Part shown: positions 16,770 to 25,968 of the stretch, one piece after another
How positions within the stretch are numbered: position 1 is the stretch's first letter
Layout of the letters: each line of letters begins with the position of its first letter
Source of the DNA: a virus
Direction: 5' to 3' (one strand)
Length of the DNA: 64,000 nucleotides
Virus record (IMG/VR): IMGVR_UViG_3300045996_002876
Coordinates: 32,001 to 96,000 of that record
Notes under the pieces: generated by a model
Seen by the model: the letters and a program-made list of their open reading frames with translations, nothing else
Database searches by the model: none
What the model was told of the DNA's origin: nothing
Translations under genes and position numbers: made by a program

Positions 16770-19262
16770 ATGAGTCACGAGGTCCCGGCCCACGTCGCCG
16801 GGCTGTTGGCGCGACTGAGCAACGTCAGCGAGCAGGGGTCGGGGTGGGTGGCCCGGTGCCCGTGCCCGGGGCATTCGGGCGGGAACGGGGACCAGCACCC
16901 GTCCCTCCGGGTGGCCGTCGGGGAGACGGGCCGGGCCCTGGTCCGGTGTCGGACGGGGTGTGAGACCGACCAGGTCCTGGCCGCCGTCGGCCTGTCCTTC
17001 CAGGACCTCCTCCCGGCCGGGGGGGAGGCCGCCTACTTCCGGACCGCCCGCGAGGCCAAGGTCCTCCGCGAGGACGAGGCCGCGGCCCGCGACCGGGCCT
17101 ACCGGGCCATCCTGGACCGCCTCGAGCTCGAGCCCGACCACCTGGCCCACCTGTTCGGGCGGGGCCTGGACACCCGCCAGGTCGAGGCCGCCGGGTACAA
17201 GTCGATCCGGGCCGGGACCTTCCTGGCCGCCTGCAAGGCCGTCAACCCGAGTTTCGACCCGGCCGCTTACGACGGCCCGGTCCCCGGCCTGCGGCTGGCC
17301 GGCAAGGACACCCTGTGGTCGGGGCTCCTGGTCCCGGTCCGGGACCCCCTGGGGCGGGTGGTGGCCCTCAAGGTCCGCCGGTTCGCCGGCGAGCCCCGGT
17401 ACTGCTACGTGTCCGACCCGGAGGCCCCGAGCGGGGCCCCGTGCCACTGGCCCGAGGTCGGTCACCCGGACTGGCGGGAGAACACCGTCCGGGTGACCGA
17501 GGGGGAGCTCAAGGCCGACGTGGCCACCCTCAAGTCGGGGACGCTCACCCTGAGCGTCCCCGGCGTCGGGAACTGGAAGCCCCTGATCGACCAGGTCACC
17601 CGGCGGTTCCGGGAGGGCCTGTTCGAGCTCACCTTCGTCGTCGCCTACGACTGGTGGGACGTCCGCGAGAAGGAGGGCGTGCGGGCCCAGGCCAGGGCGT
17701 TGTTAAACGCCCTGGCCGGCCTGGGGGCCCAGGTGGCCCTCGAGTACTGGCACCACCGGGAGTACAAGGGCGTCGACGACCTCCTGGCCGCCGGGCACAC
17801 CCCGGACCGGGTGGACGGGCTGGAGAACTGCCTGGCCCTCCTGAACGCCCTGGACCCCAGGCCCCTGGGGGTGGCGTGCGTCAAGGTGGTCGAGGAGGAC
17901 GACCTGCCCGACCCCGAGGACCCGTGCGAGTTCCCGGTCAACGTGTTCCCCCCGCGGGTCCGGGCCTTCGTGGAGAACGTCTCGGAGGCCACGGACGCCC
18001 CGGTGGACTTCCCGGGGTTGGCCACAATTGTTGTTGGGGCGACGGCCCTGGGGGCGGCCCGGCGGATTAACATCAAGCCGGGGTGGTACGAGAGCCCGAT
18101 CTTTTATTCCGCCGTCATCGCCCCGCCGGGGGCCAGTAAGTCGCCGGCGATCAACCGCGTCCAGCGGCCGATGGTGGCCCGGCAGGCCGAGCTCCTGGCC
18201 CAGCACGACCAGGAGGTGGCGGCCTGGCGGGCGAACGACGGGGAGAAAAAGAAAACCCCGCGGCCCGTGGCCCGCGAACTGTTTACGTCCGACCCCACGG
18301 TCGCCGCCCTGACCGCCCTCCTGGCGGCCAACCCCAAGGGCGTCCTCCTCTCGATGGACGAGATCCTCGGGTGGGTCCGGAGCTTCAACCAGTTCAACCA
18401 GGGGGGCAACGACCAGCAGTTCTACCTGACCCTCTGGAACGGCCAGTCCCTGAAGGTCAACCGGAAGACCGGGGACAACCCGATCACGTTCGTCAAGTAC
18501 CCGTACGCGTCGGTCCTCGGGGGCATCCAGCCCACCCGCCTGAACGAGCTCGCCGAGGGCGGGAGGAACGAGGACGGCTTCCTCAGCCGCTTCCTCCTGA
18601 GCTACCCGGAGGTCGGCCCCCTGGCCTACTGGGAGGAGTCCGACTTCGACGGCCACCAGGAGGAGGAGGTCCTGGCCTCCGGGTGGGCCCAGGTGTACGA
18701 CCGGCTCGTCGGCGTGCCCCTGTCCGGGGGAAACCCGGGGGTCGTCTACCTGGCCCCGGAGACCAGGGCCCAGACGGTCCGGTGGTACAACGAGCGGATC
18801 GTCGACCGCATGCGGGACCCGGCGTTCCCGTCCTATCTGACCGGCTTCTTCCTCAAACTCCGCGCGTACTACTTCCGGTTCGCGCTCACCCTCGAGTACC
18901 TGTGGTGGGCCGAGCAGGGCCAGGGGGACCCGCCCATCACGGTCTCCCGGCGGAGCCTGACCCTGGCCGCCGCCCTGTGCGATTACTTCGTCTGCCACGC
19001 CTACCGGGTGGCCGGGTACTCGAACCCGTCCGAGGAGTTCGCCCAGGTCGAGGAGCTCGTGCGGTGGTGCTGGGGGGGTCGGAAGAATGGCCGCGTATCG
19101 GCCCGCGCCATCTGCACGTCAAATAACCCTCGCCTTCCGACCCGGATGACCGAGGCCCGGGAACTCATGATCATCGCCCAGCAGTACGGGAAGGGCACCC
19201 ACCACAGTGAGTTGGACGGGACCAAGGACGTCTTCGTGGCCTCCAAGCCGGAGGGGAAATGA
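16770..19262 (+). CDS. DNA primase (Zn finger + TOPRIM) fused to a DUF3987/YfjI-like P-loop domain
   Basis: ARCPCPGH..PSL..VRCRTGC; TEGELKAD, AYD, KGVDDLL; APPGASKSP, DEI, GGIQP, DGFLSRFL. Confidence 0.85.
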   Translation: MSHEVPAHVAGLLARLSNVSEQGSGWVARCPCPGHSGGNGDQHPSLRVAVGETGRALVRCRTGCETDQVLAAVGLSFQDLLPAGGEAAYFRTAREAKVLREDEAAARDRAYRAILDRLELEPDHLAHLFGRGLDTRQVEAAGYKSIRAGTFLAACKAVNPSFDPAAYDGPVPGLRLAGKDTLWSGLLVPVRDPLGRVVALKVRRFAGEPRYCYVSDPEAPSGAPCHWPEVGHPDWRENTVRVTEGELKADVATLKSGTLTLSVPGVGNWKPLIDQVTRRFREGLFELTFVVAYDWWDVREKEGVRAQARALLNALAGLGAQVALEYWHHREYKGVDDLLAAGHTPDRVDGLENCLALLNALDPRPLGVACVKVVEEDDLPDPEDPCEFPVNVFPPRVRAFVENVSEATDAPVDFPGLATIVVGATALGAARRINIKPGWYESPIFYSAVIAPPGASKSPAINRVQRPMVARQAELLAQHDQEVAAWRANDGEKKKTPRPVARELFTSDPTVAALTALLAANPKGVLLSMDEILGWVRSFNQFNQGGNDQQFYLTLWNGQSLKVNRKTGDNPITFVKYPYASVLGGIQPTRLNELAEGGRNEDGFLSRFLLSYPEVGPLAYWEESDFDGHQEEEVLASGWAQVYDRLVGVPLSGGNPGVVYLAPETRAQTVRWYNERIVDRMRDPAFPSYLTGFFLKLRAYYFRFALTLEYLWWAEQGQGDPPITVSRRSLTLAAALCDYFVCHAYRVAGYSNPSEEFAQVEELVRWCWGGRKNGRVSARAICTSNNPRLPTRMTEARELMIIAQQYGKGTHHSELDGTKDVFVASKPEGK

Positions 19263-19585
19263 GAGCCCTGCCCCGGCTGGTGACCCGGCTGTGCATGATC
19301 CACGACGCCTGGGTGGTCGGGTCGGCCGCCCAGCCCGGGGCCGGCGAGGTCCGGGACTACGACGTCCTGGTCCCCTGGCCCCGGTGGAACGAGGCCGCCC
19401 TCCTGGTCCCCCGGGACGCCCGCCCGAACGCCTTCGGCGGGTGGAAGTGCAAGGACGTGGACGACACGCTGGGGCGGGTGTTCGAGGTCGACGTGTGGCC
19501 GGACGACCTCGGGCGGTTCATGACCTGCGCCCTGGCCGCCCACGCGTGGCACCCGCGGTCGGGTAGCCGGCTCGCGAAAGTGTAA
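19259..19585 (+). CDS. Hypothetical protein (nucleotidyltransferase-like motif)
   Basis: WVVGSAA..RDYDVLV resembles GS..DxD. Confidence 0.5.
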   Translation: MRALPRLVTRLCMIHDAWVVGSAAQPGAGEVRDYDVLVPWPRWNEAALLVPRDARPNAFGGWKCKDVDDTLGRVFEVDVWPDDLGRFMTCALAAHAWHPRSGSRLAKV

Positions 19586-19740
19586 CACGTGTTCCTGGAC
19601 GACGAAGTTTGGCGGCTGTTCGCGTCCGACGCCGGGCCGGGGGTCCTCTGGTCGGCCGCCCCGGCCCTGCTCGTGTTCGTCGTCCCCGTCCTGGCCCTGC
19701 TGTGTGCGGTCGTCTGGGAGTGGCTTACCGGAGGCCCGTG

Positions 19741-19944
19741 ATGGACGAGGTCGACTACCCGTGGGACCGGCCGGAGGCCCTCCTGAAGCGCCTTCTCGGC
19801 CTACTGGACGCGTCCCGGACTGGGCGAGTCGGGTCCGAGGCGGGGCCGAACGGGGTCCACAAAGGCCTCCTCGAGTTGGAGCGGCGGGGACTGGTCCGGA
19901 GGGTCGGGAAGGGGAAGGGGGTTGTCTGGTGGGAAAAGGTCTGA
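19741..19944 (+). CDS. Small hypothetical protein, possibly wHTH
   Basis: LLELERRGLVRR. Confidence 0.5.
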   Translation: MDEVDYPWDRPEALLKRLLGLLDASRTGRVGSEAGPNGVHKGLLELERRGLVRRVGKGKGVVWWEKV

Positions 19945-20345
19945 GCCCGAGCCTGTTCTCGTTGGGGGAGGTCGCCCTGGCCTCGGGCGGGACGGCCGAC
20001 TGGAAGATCGACTGTGACCACCTGACGGACGGGGACTGGGCCGCCCTGGCCCTCCTGGCGTCCCGGTGGGTCCCGCCGTTCTTTGAGGTCCACGGGGTCC
20101 CGCGGGGCGGCCTCCGGTTCGCCGAGGCCCTCCAGAAATACGTCACCCCGGGGGCGTACCGACGGCTGGTCGCCGAGGACGTGGTCACGACCGGGCGGTC
20201 GGCCCTGGAGTTCGCCAAGACCGTCTCCCCGCCCGAAGACCTTTGGCCGTTCGGGTACCGGACCGTCGGCGTGTGCGTGTTCGCCCGCGGGGCGTGCCCC
20301 GACTGGATCCGCCCCCTGTTCCGCTTCGAAGGAGGGCGCCCGTGA
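19929..20345 (+). CDS. Phosphoribosyltransferase (orotate PRTase-like)
   Basis: LASG..WKIDCD, GVPRGG, PRPP-binding VAEDVVTTGRS; start uncertain (GTG 19929 or CTG 19941). Confidence 0.75.
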   Translation: MGKGLSPSLFSLGEVALASGGTADWKIDCDHLTDGDWAALALLASRWVPPFFEVHGVPRGGLRFAEALQKYVTPGAYRRLVAEDVVTTGRSALEFAKTVSPPEDLWPFGYRTVGVCVFARGACPDWIRPLFRFEGGRP

Positions 20346-20523
20346 AAGTACCCCCGGATGTGAAGGAGGCCGCCGCGAAGGTCCTGGCCGCCCGGGACAC
20401 GGACGACGACCTCCGGGCCCTGGGCGGGCCGCTCTTGTGGAGCACGGCGGAGGCGTTTTACGCCCTGCTCGACGCGGGGGAGGTCCTGGCGACCTGGGTC
20501 AAGGCCCGAGCGGAGGCAGACGC

Positions 20524-21102
20524 GTGACTTGTATCGTCGGGTTCGTGGAGCCGTCCGGCCGGGTGGTGGTCGGCGGGGACTCGGCCGGGGTGGCCGGCCT
20601 GGACATCCGGGTCCGGGCGGACGAGAAGGTGTTCCGCCGGGGCCCGTTCCTCCTGGGGTTCACCACCTCCTTCCGGATGGGCCAGCTCCTCCGGTACTCC
20701 CTCCAGGTCCCGGACCAGGGGGAGGAGTCCGACTACGAGTACCTGGTCACCCGGTTCGTGGACGCCGTCCGGAAGTGCCTGAAGGACGGCGGGTACGCCA
20801 CCAAGACCAGCGACCAGGAGGCCGGCGGGACGTTCCTGCTCGGGTACCGGGGGCGGCTGTACACGGTCGATTCGGACTACCAGGTGGCCGCCCACCACGA
20901 CCCGTACACGGCCGTCGGGTGTGGGGCCGACTTCGCCCTCGGGGCCCTGGCCGTCCTCCGGCCGAAGAAAGAGTTCGCCACGGACCTCGGCCCCGTCTTC
21001 GACATCCCCGGGGAGGTCCCGGTCAAAAAGGCCCTGGAGGTGGCCGAGAAGTTCTCGGCCGGCGTCCGGGGGCCCTTCACGATCCTCGCGATGAACTCTT
21101 GA
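20524..21102 (+). CDS. HslV/proteasome-beta-like Ntn peptidase
   Basis: (M)TCIVG with N-terminal Thr, GDS, KVF, GCGADFALGAL. Confidence 0.8.
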   Translation: MTCIVGFVEPSGRVVVGGDSAGVAGLDIRVRADEKVFRRGPFLLGFTTSFRMGQLLRYSLQVPDQGEESDYEYLVTRFVDAVRKCLKDGGYATKTSDQEAGGTFLLGYRGRLYTVDSDYQVAAHHDPYTAVGCGADFALGALAVLRPKKEFATDLGPVFDIPGEVPVKKALEVAEKFSAGVRGPFTILAMNS

Positions 21103-21110
21103 CTATCAAG
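21098..21110. promoter_or_regulatory. Operator-like palindrome before the DNA polymerase gene
   Basis: CTTGA-CTA-TCAAG, contains TTGACT. Confidence 0.6.
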
Positions 21111-21133
21111 AAAAATCCTGAACAATAGGCGTC

Positions 21134-23458
21134 ATGCCCCTCGCTGCCCCCCAGGCCCCCACGATCGGCTACGAGCTCGGGTACACGGGCGAGCCCTTCC
21201 ACGGGACGCACGAAAACCCCCTGGCGTTCGACACGGAAACCGACCTCCACGGGAAGTTCCACCCCGGCGAGGTCAACAACCTGGCCCTCGTCCAGGCCTC
21301 GGACGGGGAGCGGACGGCCCTGGTCCACCCGAAGGACCTGGCCCGGTTCCTGGCCGCCCACCGGGACGTCCCGTTCGTCGGCCACAACATCGCCTTCGAC
21401 TACTGGGTGGTGGACAAGGCCCTGGCCGGCGACGAGCCGGCCCGGGCCGCCTGGCGGGACAAGGCCCGGGCCGGGCTCCTGCACGACACCATGCTCCTGG
21501 ACGCCCTGGTCCGGCTGGCCGAGGGGAAGGGGGAGACGGGGGACGAGAAGGAGAAGCTCCCGATGAGGAACCTGGGGGAGGTGGCCCGGGACTACGGGGG
21601 CGTGCGGGTCTCGAAGGAGGACCCGTACCGCATGAAGTACTCGGAGATCATTGGGAAGCGGTTCTCCGAGGTGACGGACAAGGGGTTTTGGGAGTACGCG
21701 GCCCGCGACGCCTACGCCACCGCCCGGGCCTGGCCGCCCCTGTACCGGAAGGCCCTGGGGATCGCCCGCCGGTACGCGGCCGGGGGCGGCGGGGGCGGCG
21801 GGGACGGCGGGGCCCGGCTCCGACGGTGGCTGGCGTACGGGGTCCTGACCGAGCGGGTCCAGGTCCAGGGGGCCATCGCCCTGGACGCCATCGGCCGGGC
21901 CGGCATGCCCTTCTGCCCGGACGCCGTGGCCGCCGACGCGGCCCGGTGGCGGCCGGTCGTGGCCGAGTGCGTGGCGGCCATCGACAAGCTCCGCCCGGCC
22001 CACTTCAAGCGGAAGGGCAAGGGGTTCGAGCTGGCCGACAAGAGCGGGTGCCCGAAGACCAACCAGCACGACCTGGTGGACGCCCTGGCCGAGGCCGGGG
22101 ACAAGGTCAAGGCCCACCTGCCCGACTTCACCGCCCCCCAGTCGACCGGGAAGAAGGCCCGCGAGACCGGGGACGCGATCAGCCGGTCGACCGAGGACTG
22201 GGTCCCGTACGCCCCGTACGACCCGTTCCTGGGGCTCTGGGTCCGGCTGGCCGACGCGACCAAGCGGCTGGCCTTCTACGCCGCCTTCCGCCCGCCCGTG
22301 CGGGACCTGTTCTCGGCCCTCGAGCCGGCCGCCGCCCCGCGGGTCCGGAGCCGGTACAACCCGCTCATGCGGACCGGCCGGATCTCGGCCCAGGACCCGA
22401 ACGTCACCCAGTTCCCCCGCGACCCGGGCTTCCGGGGGGTGTTCGCGGCCCCCCCGGGCCGGAAGCTGATCACCGCCGACTACGCCTTCGTCGAGCTCCG
22501 GACCCTGGCCGCCACCTGCTTCGAGCGGTTCGGGTACTCGGTCCTGGCCGACGTCATCAAGGCCGGGGTCGACCCGCACGCGTACACGGCGGCCATGGTC
22601 AACGGGATGAAGCTGGACGAGTTCCTGGCCCTCAAGAAGACCGATCCGGCCAAGTTCAAGTCCTTCCGGCAGTCTTCAAAAGCCCTGAACTTCGGCATCC
22701 CCGGCGGCCTGGGGGCCTTCCGCCTGGTCGAGTACGCGGCCGCCAACTACGGGGTGACCTTCACCCTGGCCGAGGCCGAGGCCTTCCGCCAGAAGCTGGT
22801 GACCGAGGTGTACCCCGAGCTCAACCCGACGGACGGGTACCTGGCCGACGACACGTACGGGGCGATCGCGGTCAACGCCGGGCTGTCCCGCGGGGAGGTC
22901 CTGGCCGCCCTCCCGGGGGACGCCCGGATGAGGGAGTGGCTCGGCCGGGTCCTCTTCCGGGTGGCCGCCGGGGCCACGACCAAGGCCGACGGGACGGACT
23001 ACAACCCGCGGTTCTTCAGCGACTGTTGGGACTTCCTCAAGTCGGTCGGCCGGCGGGCCCCCAAGGGCGGGCCCCTGTCCGAGGCGACCCGCGAGCGGCT
23101 CCTGGCCGGCAAGGGGGACATGCCGACGGCCCGCGAGCTGACCAGCCTGTTCGCCGTCACCCTGACCGGCCGGGTCCGGTCGCGGGTCCGGTACACGGCC
23201 AGCAAGAACACCTGCTTCCAGGGGCTGGCCGCCGACGGGATCAAGCTGGCCGCCTTCCGGCTGGTCCTCGAGGGGTACAAAGTGTGCGGCCTGATCCACG
23301 ACGAGCTGGTCGTGGAGGTCGAGGACCGGGGGGAGGCGGCGAACGAGGCCGCCTCGGCCCACGTCCAGGCCGTGATGAACACAAGTATGGAAGAGGTCCT
23401 CGGCGGGGCCGTGCCCAGCGGGACCGAGGCCCACGTGGGGGACGCATGGGAAAAGTAG
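21134..23458 (+). CDS. polA: DNA polymerase family A with 3'-5' exonuclease
   Basis: FDTET, HNIAFD, YAARDA; RTGRIS, DYAFVELR, RQSSKALNFG, IHDELV. Confidence 0.95.
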   Translation: MPLAAPQAPTIGYELGYTGEPFHGTHENPLAFDTETDLHGKFHPGEVNNLALVQASDGERTALVHPKDLARFLAAHRDVPFVGHNIAFDYWVVDKALAGDEPARAAWRDKARAGLLHDTMLLDALVRLAEGKGETGDEKEKLPMRNLGEVARDYGGVRVSKEDPYRMKYSEIIGKRFSEVTDKGFWEYAARDAYATARAWPPLYRKALGIARRYAAGGGGGGGDGGARLRRWLAYGVLTERVQVQGAIALDAIGRAGMPFCPDAVAADAARWRPVVAECVAAIDKLRPAHFKRKGKGFELADKSGCPKTNQHDLVDALAEAGDKVKAHLPDFTAPQSTGKKARETGDAISRSTEDWVPYAPYDPFLGLWVRLADATKRLAFYAAFRPPVRDLFSALEPAAAPRVRSRYNPLMRTGRISAQDPNVTQFPRDPGFRGVFAAPPGRKLITADYAFVELRTLAATCFERFGYSVLADVIKAGVDPHAYTAAMVNGMKLDEFLALKKTDPAKFKSFRQSSKALNFGIPGGLGAFRLVEYAAANYGVTFTLAEAEAFRQKLVTEVYPELNPTDGYLADDTYGAIAVNAGLSRGEVLAALPGDARMREWLGRVLFRVAAGATTKADGTDYNPRFFSDCWDFLKSVGRRAPKGGPLSEATRERLLAGKGDMPTARELTSLFAVTLTGRVRSRVRYTASKNTCFQGLAADGIKLAAFRLVLEGYKVCGLIHDELVVEVEDRGEAANEAASAHVQAVMNTSMEEVLGGAVPSGTEAHVGDAWEK

Positions 23459-24309
23459 CCGTTTCGACGCCGCTCAAGACGCACGGGGGGAAGGCGTACC
23501 TGGCCCCCCGGATCGTGGCCCTGTTCCCCCCGCGGGACTCCTACCTGCACTACGTGGAGCCCTACGCCGGCGGGCTGTCCGTCCTCCTGGCCAACGACCC
23601 GGAGGGGAAGTCGGAGGTGGTCAACGACCTGGACGGGGAGTTGACCAACTTCTGGACCGTCCTGGCCGACCCGGACCTGTTCGCCGACTTCCGTCGGAGG
23701 GTTGAGTCCCGCCCGTTCAGCGAACCCTTATGGCGGGAAGTGTCGGCCCACCGGGACCAGTACGGCCCGTTCGCCGGTCGCCCGGCGTGCGGTGTGGACA
23801 CCCGCGTGATGGACGCGTGTGGGTTCTTCACCCTCTGTCGCCAGTCCCTGGCCGGCCGGAAGGACGCCTTCGCCCCCCTGTCCCGGACCCGCGTCCGCCG
23901 GGGGATGAACGAGCAGGCGTCGGCCTGGCTGTCGGCCGTCGAGGGCCTGCCGGCCGTCCACGCCCGGCTCAAGCGGGTGGTCGTCCTGAACCGCCCGGCC
24001 CTGGACGTGATCCGCCAGCAGGACGGGCCCCGGACCCTCTTTTACCTGGACCCCCCGTACGCCCACGACACCCGGAAGACGACCGGCGAGTACGGGGCGT
24101 ACGAGATGTCGCTCGAGGACCACGCCGAACTCCTCCAGGAGCTCGGCATACTCGAGGGCAGGTTCGTCCTGTCCGGGTACCGGAACGACATGTACGACCG
24201 GACGGCCGAGGTCAACGGGTGGCGGCGGGCGGATTTCGAGATCAGCAATCACGCCGCCGGCGGCAAGGACAAGCGGAGGATGACCGAAAGTGTCTGGCTC
24301 AACTTCTAA
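23446..24309 (+). CDS. D12-class DNA adenine methyltransferase
   Basis: GGKAYLA, YVEPYAGG, NDLD, FYLDPPY. Confidence 0.92.
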   Translation: MGKVAVSTPLKTHGGKAYLAPRIVALFPPRDSYLHYVEPYAGGLSVLLANDPEGKSEVVNDLDGELTNFWTVLADPDLFADFRRRVESRPFSEPLWREVSAHRDQYGPFAGRPACGVDTRVMDACGFFTLCRQSLAGRKDAFAPLSRTRVRRGMNEQASAWLSAVEGLPAVHARLKRVVVLNRPALDVIRQQDGPRTLFYLDPPYAHDTRKTTGEYGAYEMSLEDHAELLQELGILEGRFVLSGYRNDMYDRTAEVNGWRRADFEISNHAAGGKDKRRMTESVWLNF

Positions 24310-24742
24310 GACCTGCTCCCGGTGCTCCCGCCGCCGGGCGGCCGGGCACTTCTCCCGCAAGGCGGCCGCCCCGGACGGCCTCCAGGGGCACTGCAAGGAC
24401 TGCGCCCGCGAGTACGGGACCCGGTGGGCCCGCGAGACCCGCCGGCTGAACGGGGCCGAGACCCTGGCCGAGCGGGACGCCCGCCGGCGGCGGGACGCGG
24501 CGGCCACCCAGGCGGCCGTCCTGGCCGCCGTCCGGGCCGTCTGGGCCCGGACCGGCCGCCCCCCGGTCCTGGCCGAGGTGGCCCGCGGGGCCGGGTTCGA
24601 GCACGTCAGCTCGGTCCAGCCCTACCTGGCCCGGCTGGAGGCCCTGGGCGAGATCGAGCGGGACGCCCCCGGCGGGCACCTGCGGACGATCTGGCCGGCC
24701 GGCGCGCGGGCCCGGATCCGGGCCCTCCTGGGCGATTCTTGA
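24290..24742 (+). CDS. Zn-finger plus LexA-like wHTH protein
   Basis: CSRC..CKDC; GRPPVLAEVARGAGFEHVSSVQPYLARLEALGEIER. Confidence 0.75.
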   Translation: MSGSTSKTCSRCSRRRAAGHFSRKAAAPDGLQGHCKDCAREYGTRWARETRRLNGAETLAERDARRRRDAAATQAAVLAAVRAVWARTGRPPVLAEVARGAGFEHVSSVQPYLARLEALGEIERDAPGGHLRTIWPAGARARIRALLGDS

Positions 24743-24787
24743 GACTCAAGATTTTTTCTTGACATTCCACAACCTGCCTCCTACAGT
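24738..24787 (+). promoter_or_regulatory. Sigma70 promoter with upstream palindrome
   Basis: CTTGA-GAC-TCAAG (24738-24750); TTGACA-17-TACAGT. Confidence 0.7.
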
Positions 24788-24808
24788 GGGTGGTAGGAGG
24801 CCTGCCCA

Positions 24809-25318
24809 GTGTCTTACGGCCCGGACCCGTTCCAAGAGACGATTCGTTACTTCGACGCCCCGACCGCCTACTGGGCAGGGCTTTTCGACGGCGAGGGATC
24901 GGTTGGAATCAACAGGAAGGCCATAAGAGGCAAGCAGAAGCGGTTCAGCTATCAGTGCGAAGCCAAGCTGACGATGTGCGACGAGGATATTGTTTACGCA
25001 TTCAGCGCGGCCTTCGACGGCACGTTCGGGGTCCGGTACCCGAAAAAGGCCAATGTCTCCGTCGCCTATACGAGCGGGCTGGGAGGGAGGAAGTGCCTGG
25101 CCTTCCTCACCAAGATCCTCCCTCACGCGAGGGTGAAGAAGAAGGAGATCGAGGTCGCTATTGAGTACCTGCACTGGCAGAAAGCCCTCACCGGGTTCGA
25201 CCAGAAAACCACCTACCGGTACACGGAGGAAGATAAGAGGTACCAGGCTCTGATGAGACGCCTCTTGCACGACCTCAAGCCTGGTTTCTCGGCGACAAAA
25301 GTCCCGTTCAAAGACTGA
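24809..25318 (+). CDS. Free-standing LAGLIDADG endonuclease
   Basis: YWAGLFDGEGSV; lower GC than flanks. Confidence 0.82.
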   Translation: MSYGPDPFQETIRYFDAPTAYWAGLFDGEGSVGINRKAIRGKQKRFSYQCEAKLTMCDEDIVYAFSAAFDGTFGVRYPKKANVSVAYTSGLGGRKCLAFLTKILPHARVKKKEIEVAIEYLHWQKALTGFDQKTTYRYTEEDKRYQALMRRLLHDLKPGFSATKVPFKD

Positions 25319-25348
25319 CCCCTGTTCGTACCGGACCCGGAGCCCCAC

Positions 25349-25729
25349 GTGGCCAGCCCCACCCTTACCGACTTGCCTGTGCCCGCGCCGGGCCCCGGGT
25401 CCCCGGTCGTCCCCGGCGTCGGCCGGGACGCCCCGACCGTCACCAACGAGAACGGGGCCCGCCAGTCCCAAACGCTCTACCGGATGGATTTGATGCCCCC
25501 GCGGGCCACCCTGGCCGTGGCCGGGGTGCTGGCCGAGGGGGCCCCGAAGTACGGCGAGTGGAACTGGCTGGGCATCCCGACGGCCGACCACCTGAACCAC
25601 GCCCTGGTCCACGTCTACGCCCACCTGGCCGGGGACGCCCAGGACGACCACCTGGGGCACGCCGCCTGCCGTCTCCTTATGGCCCTGGAGATCGCCCTCC
25701 GGGGCGGGCCGACGAAGGGGGCCGCGTGA
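25349..25729 (+). CDS. DUF5664 / dATP-dGTP diphosphohydrolase-like protein
   Basis: RMDLMPP..GAPKYGEWNW..HLGHAAC. Confidence 0.8.
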   Translation: MASPTLTDLPVPAPGPGSPVVPGVGRDAPTVTNENGARQSQTLYRMDLMPPRATLAVAGVLAEGAPKYGEWNWLGIPTADHLNHALVHVYAHLAGDAQDDHLGHAACRLLMALEIALRGGPTKGAA

Positions 25730-25968
25730 GGCCGCCCCTGACCCCCCGCCAGCGGGACATCTACGACGCCATGCTGGAGTGCCTGGTCGAGAACCAGTGC
25801 CTGCCCACCTACCGCGAGCTGGGGGTCCGGTTCGGGATCAAGAGCCCGAACGGGGTGGCCTGCCACCTGAAGGCCCTGGCCGCCAAGGGGTACGTCGCCC
25901 CGGCGATGGGCAAGAACCGGGCGTACCGGCTCCTGGGGGTCCGCCTCCGGGCCGAGGTGGTCGAATGA
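25726..25968 (+). CDS. LexA-type DNA-binding domain only (80 aa)
   Basis: LTPRQRDIY..PTYRELGVRFGIKSPNGVACHLKALAAKGYV..NRAYRL; no peptidase domain. Confidence 0.88.
   Translation: MRPPLTPRQRDIYDAMLECLVENQCLPTYRELGVRFGIKSPNGVACHLKALAAKGYVAPAMGKNRAYRLLGVRLRAEVVE

Noticed and set aside
24809-25318. LAGLIDADG genes as group I intron or intein cargo (also 50188-51018)
   Set aside because: Flanking genes look complete and leave no room for an intron core; no intein termini
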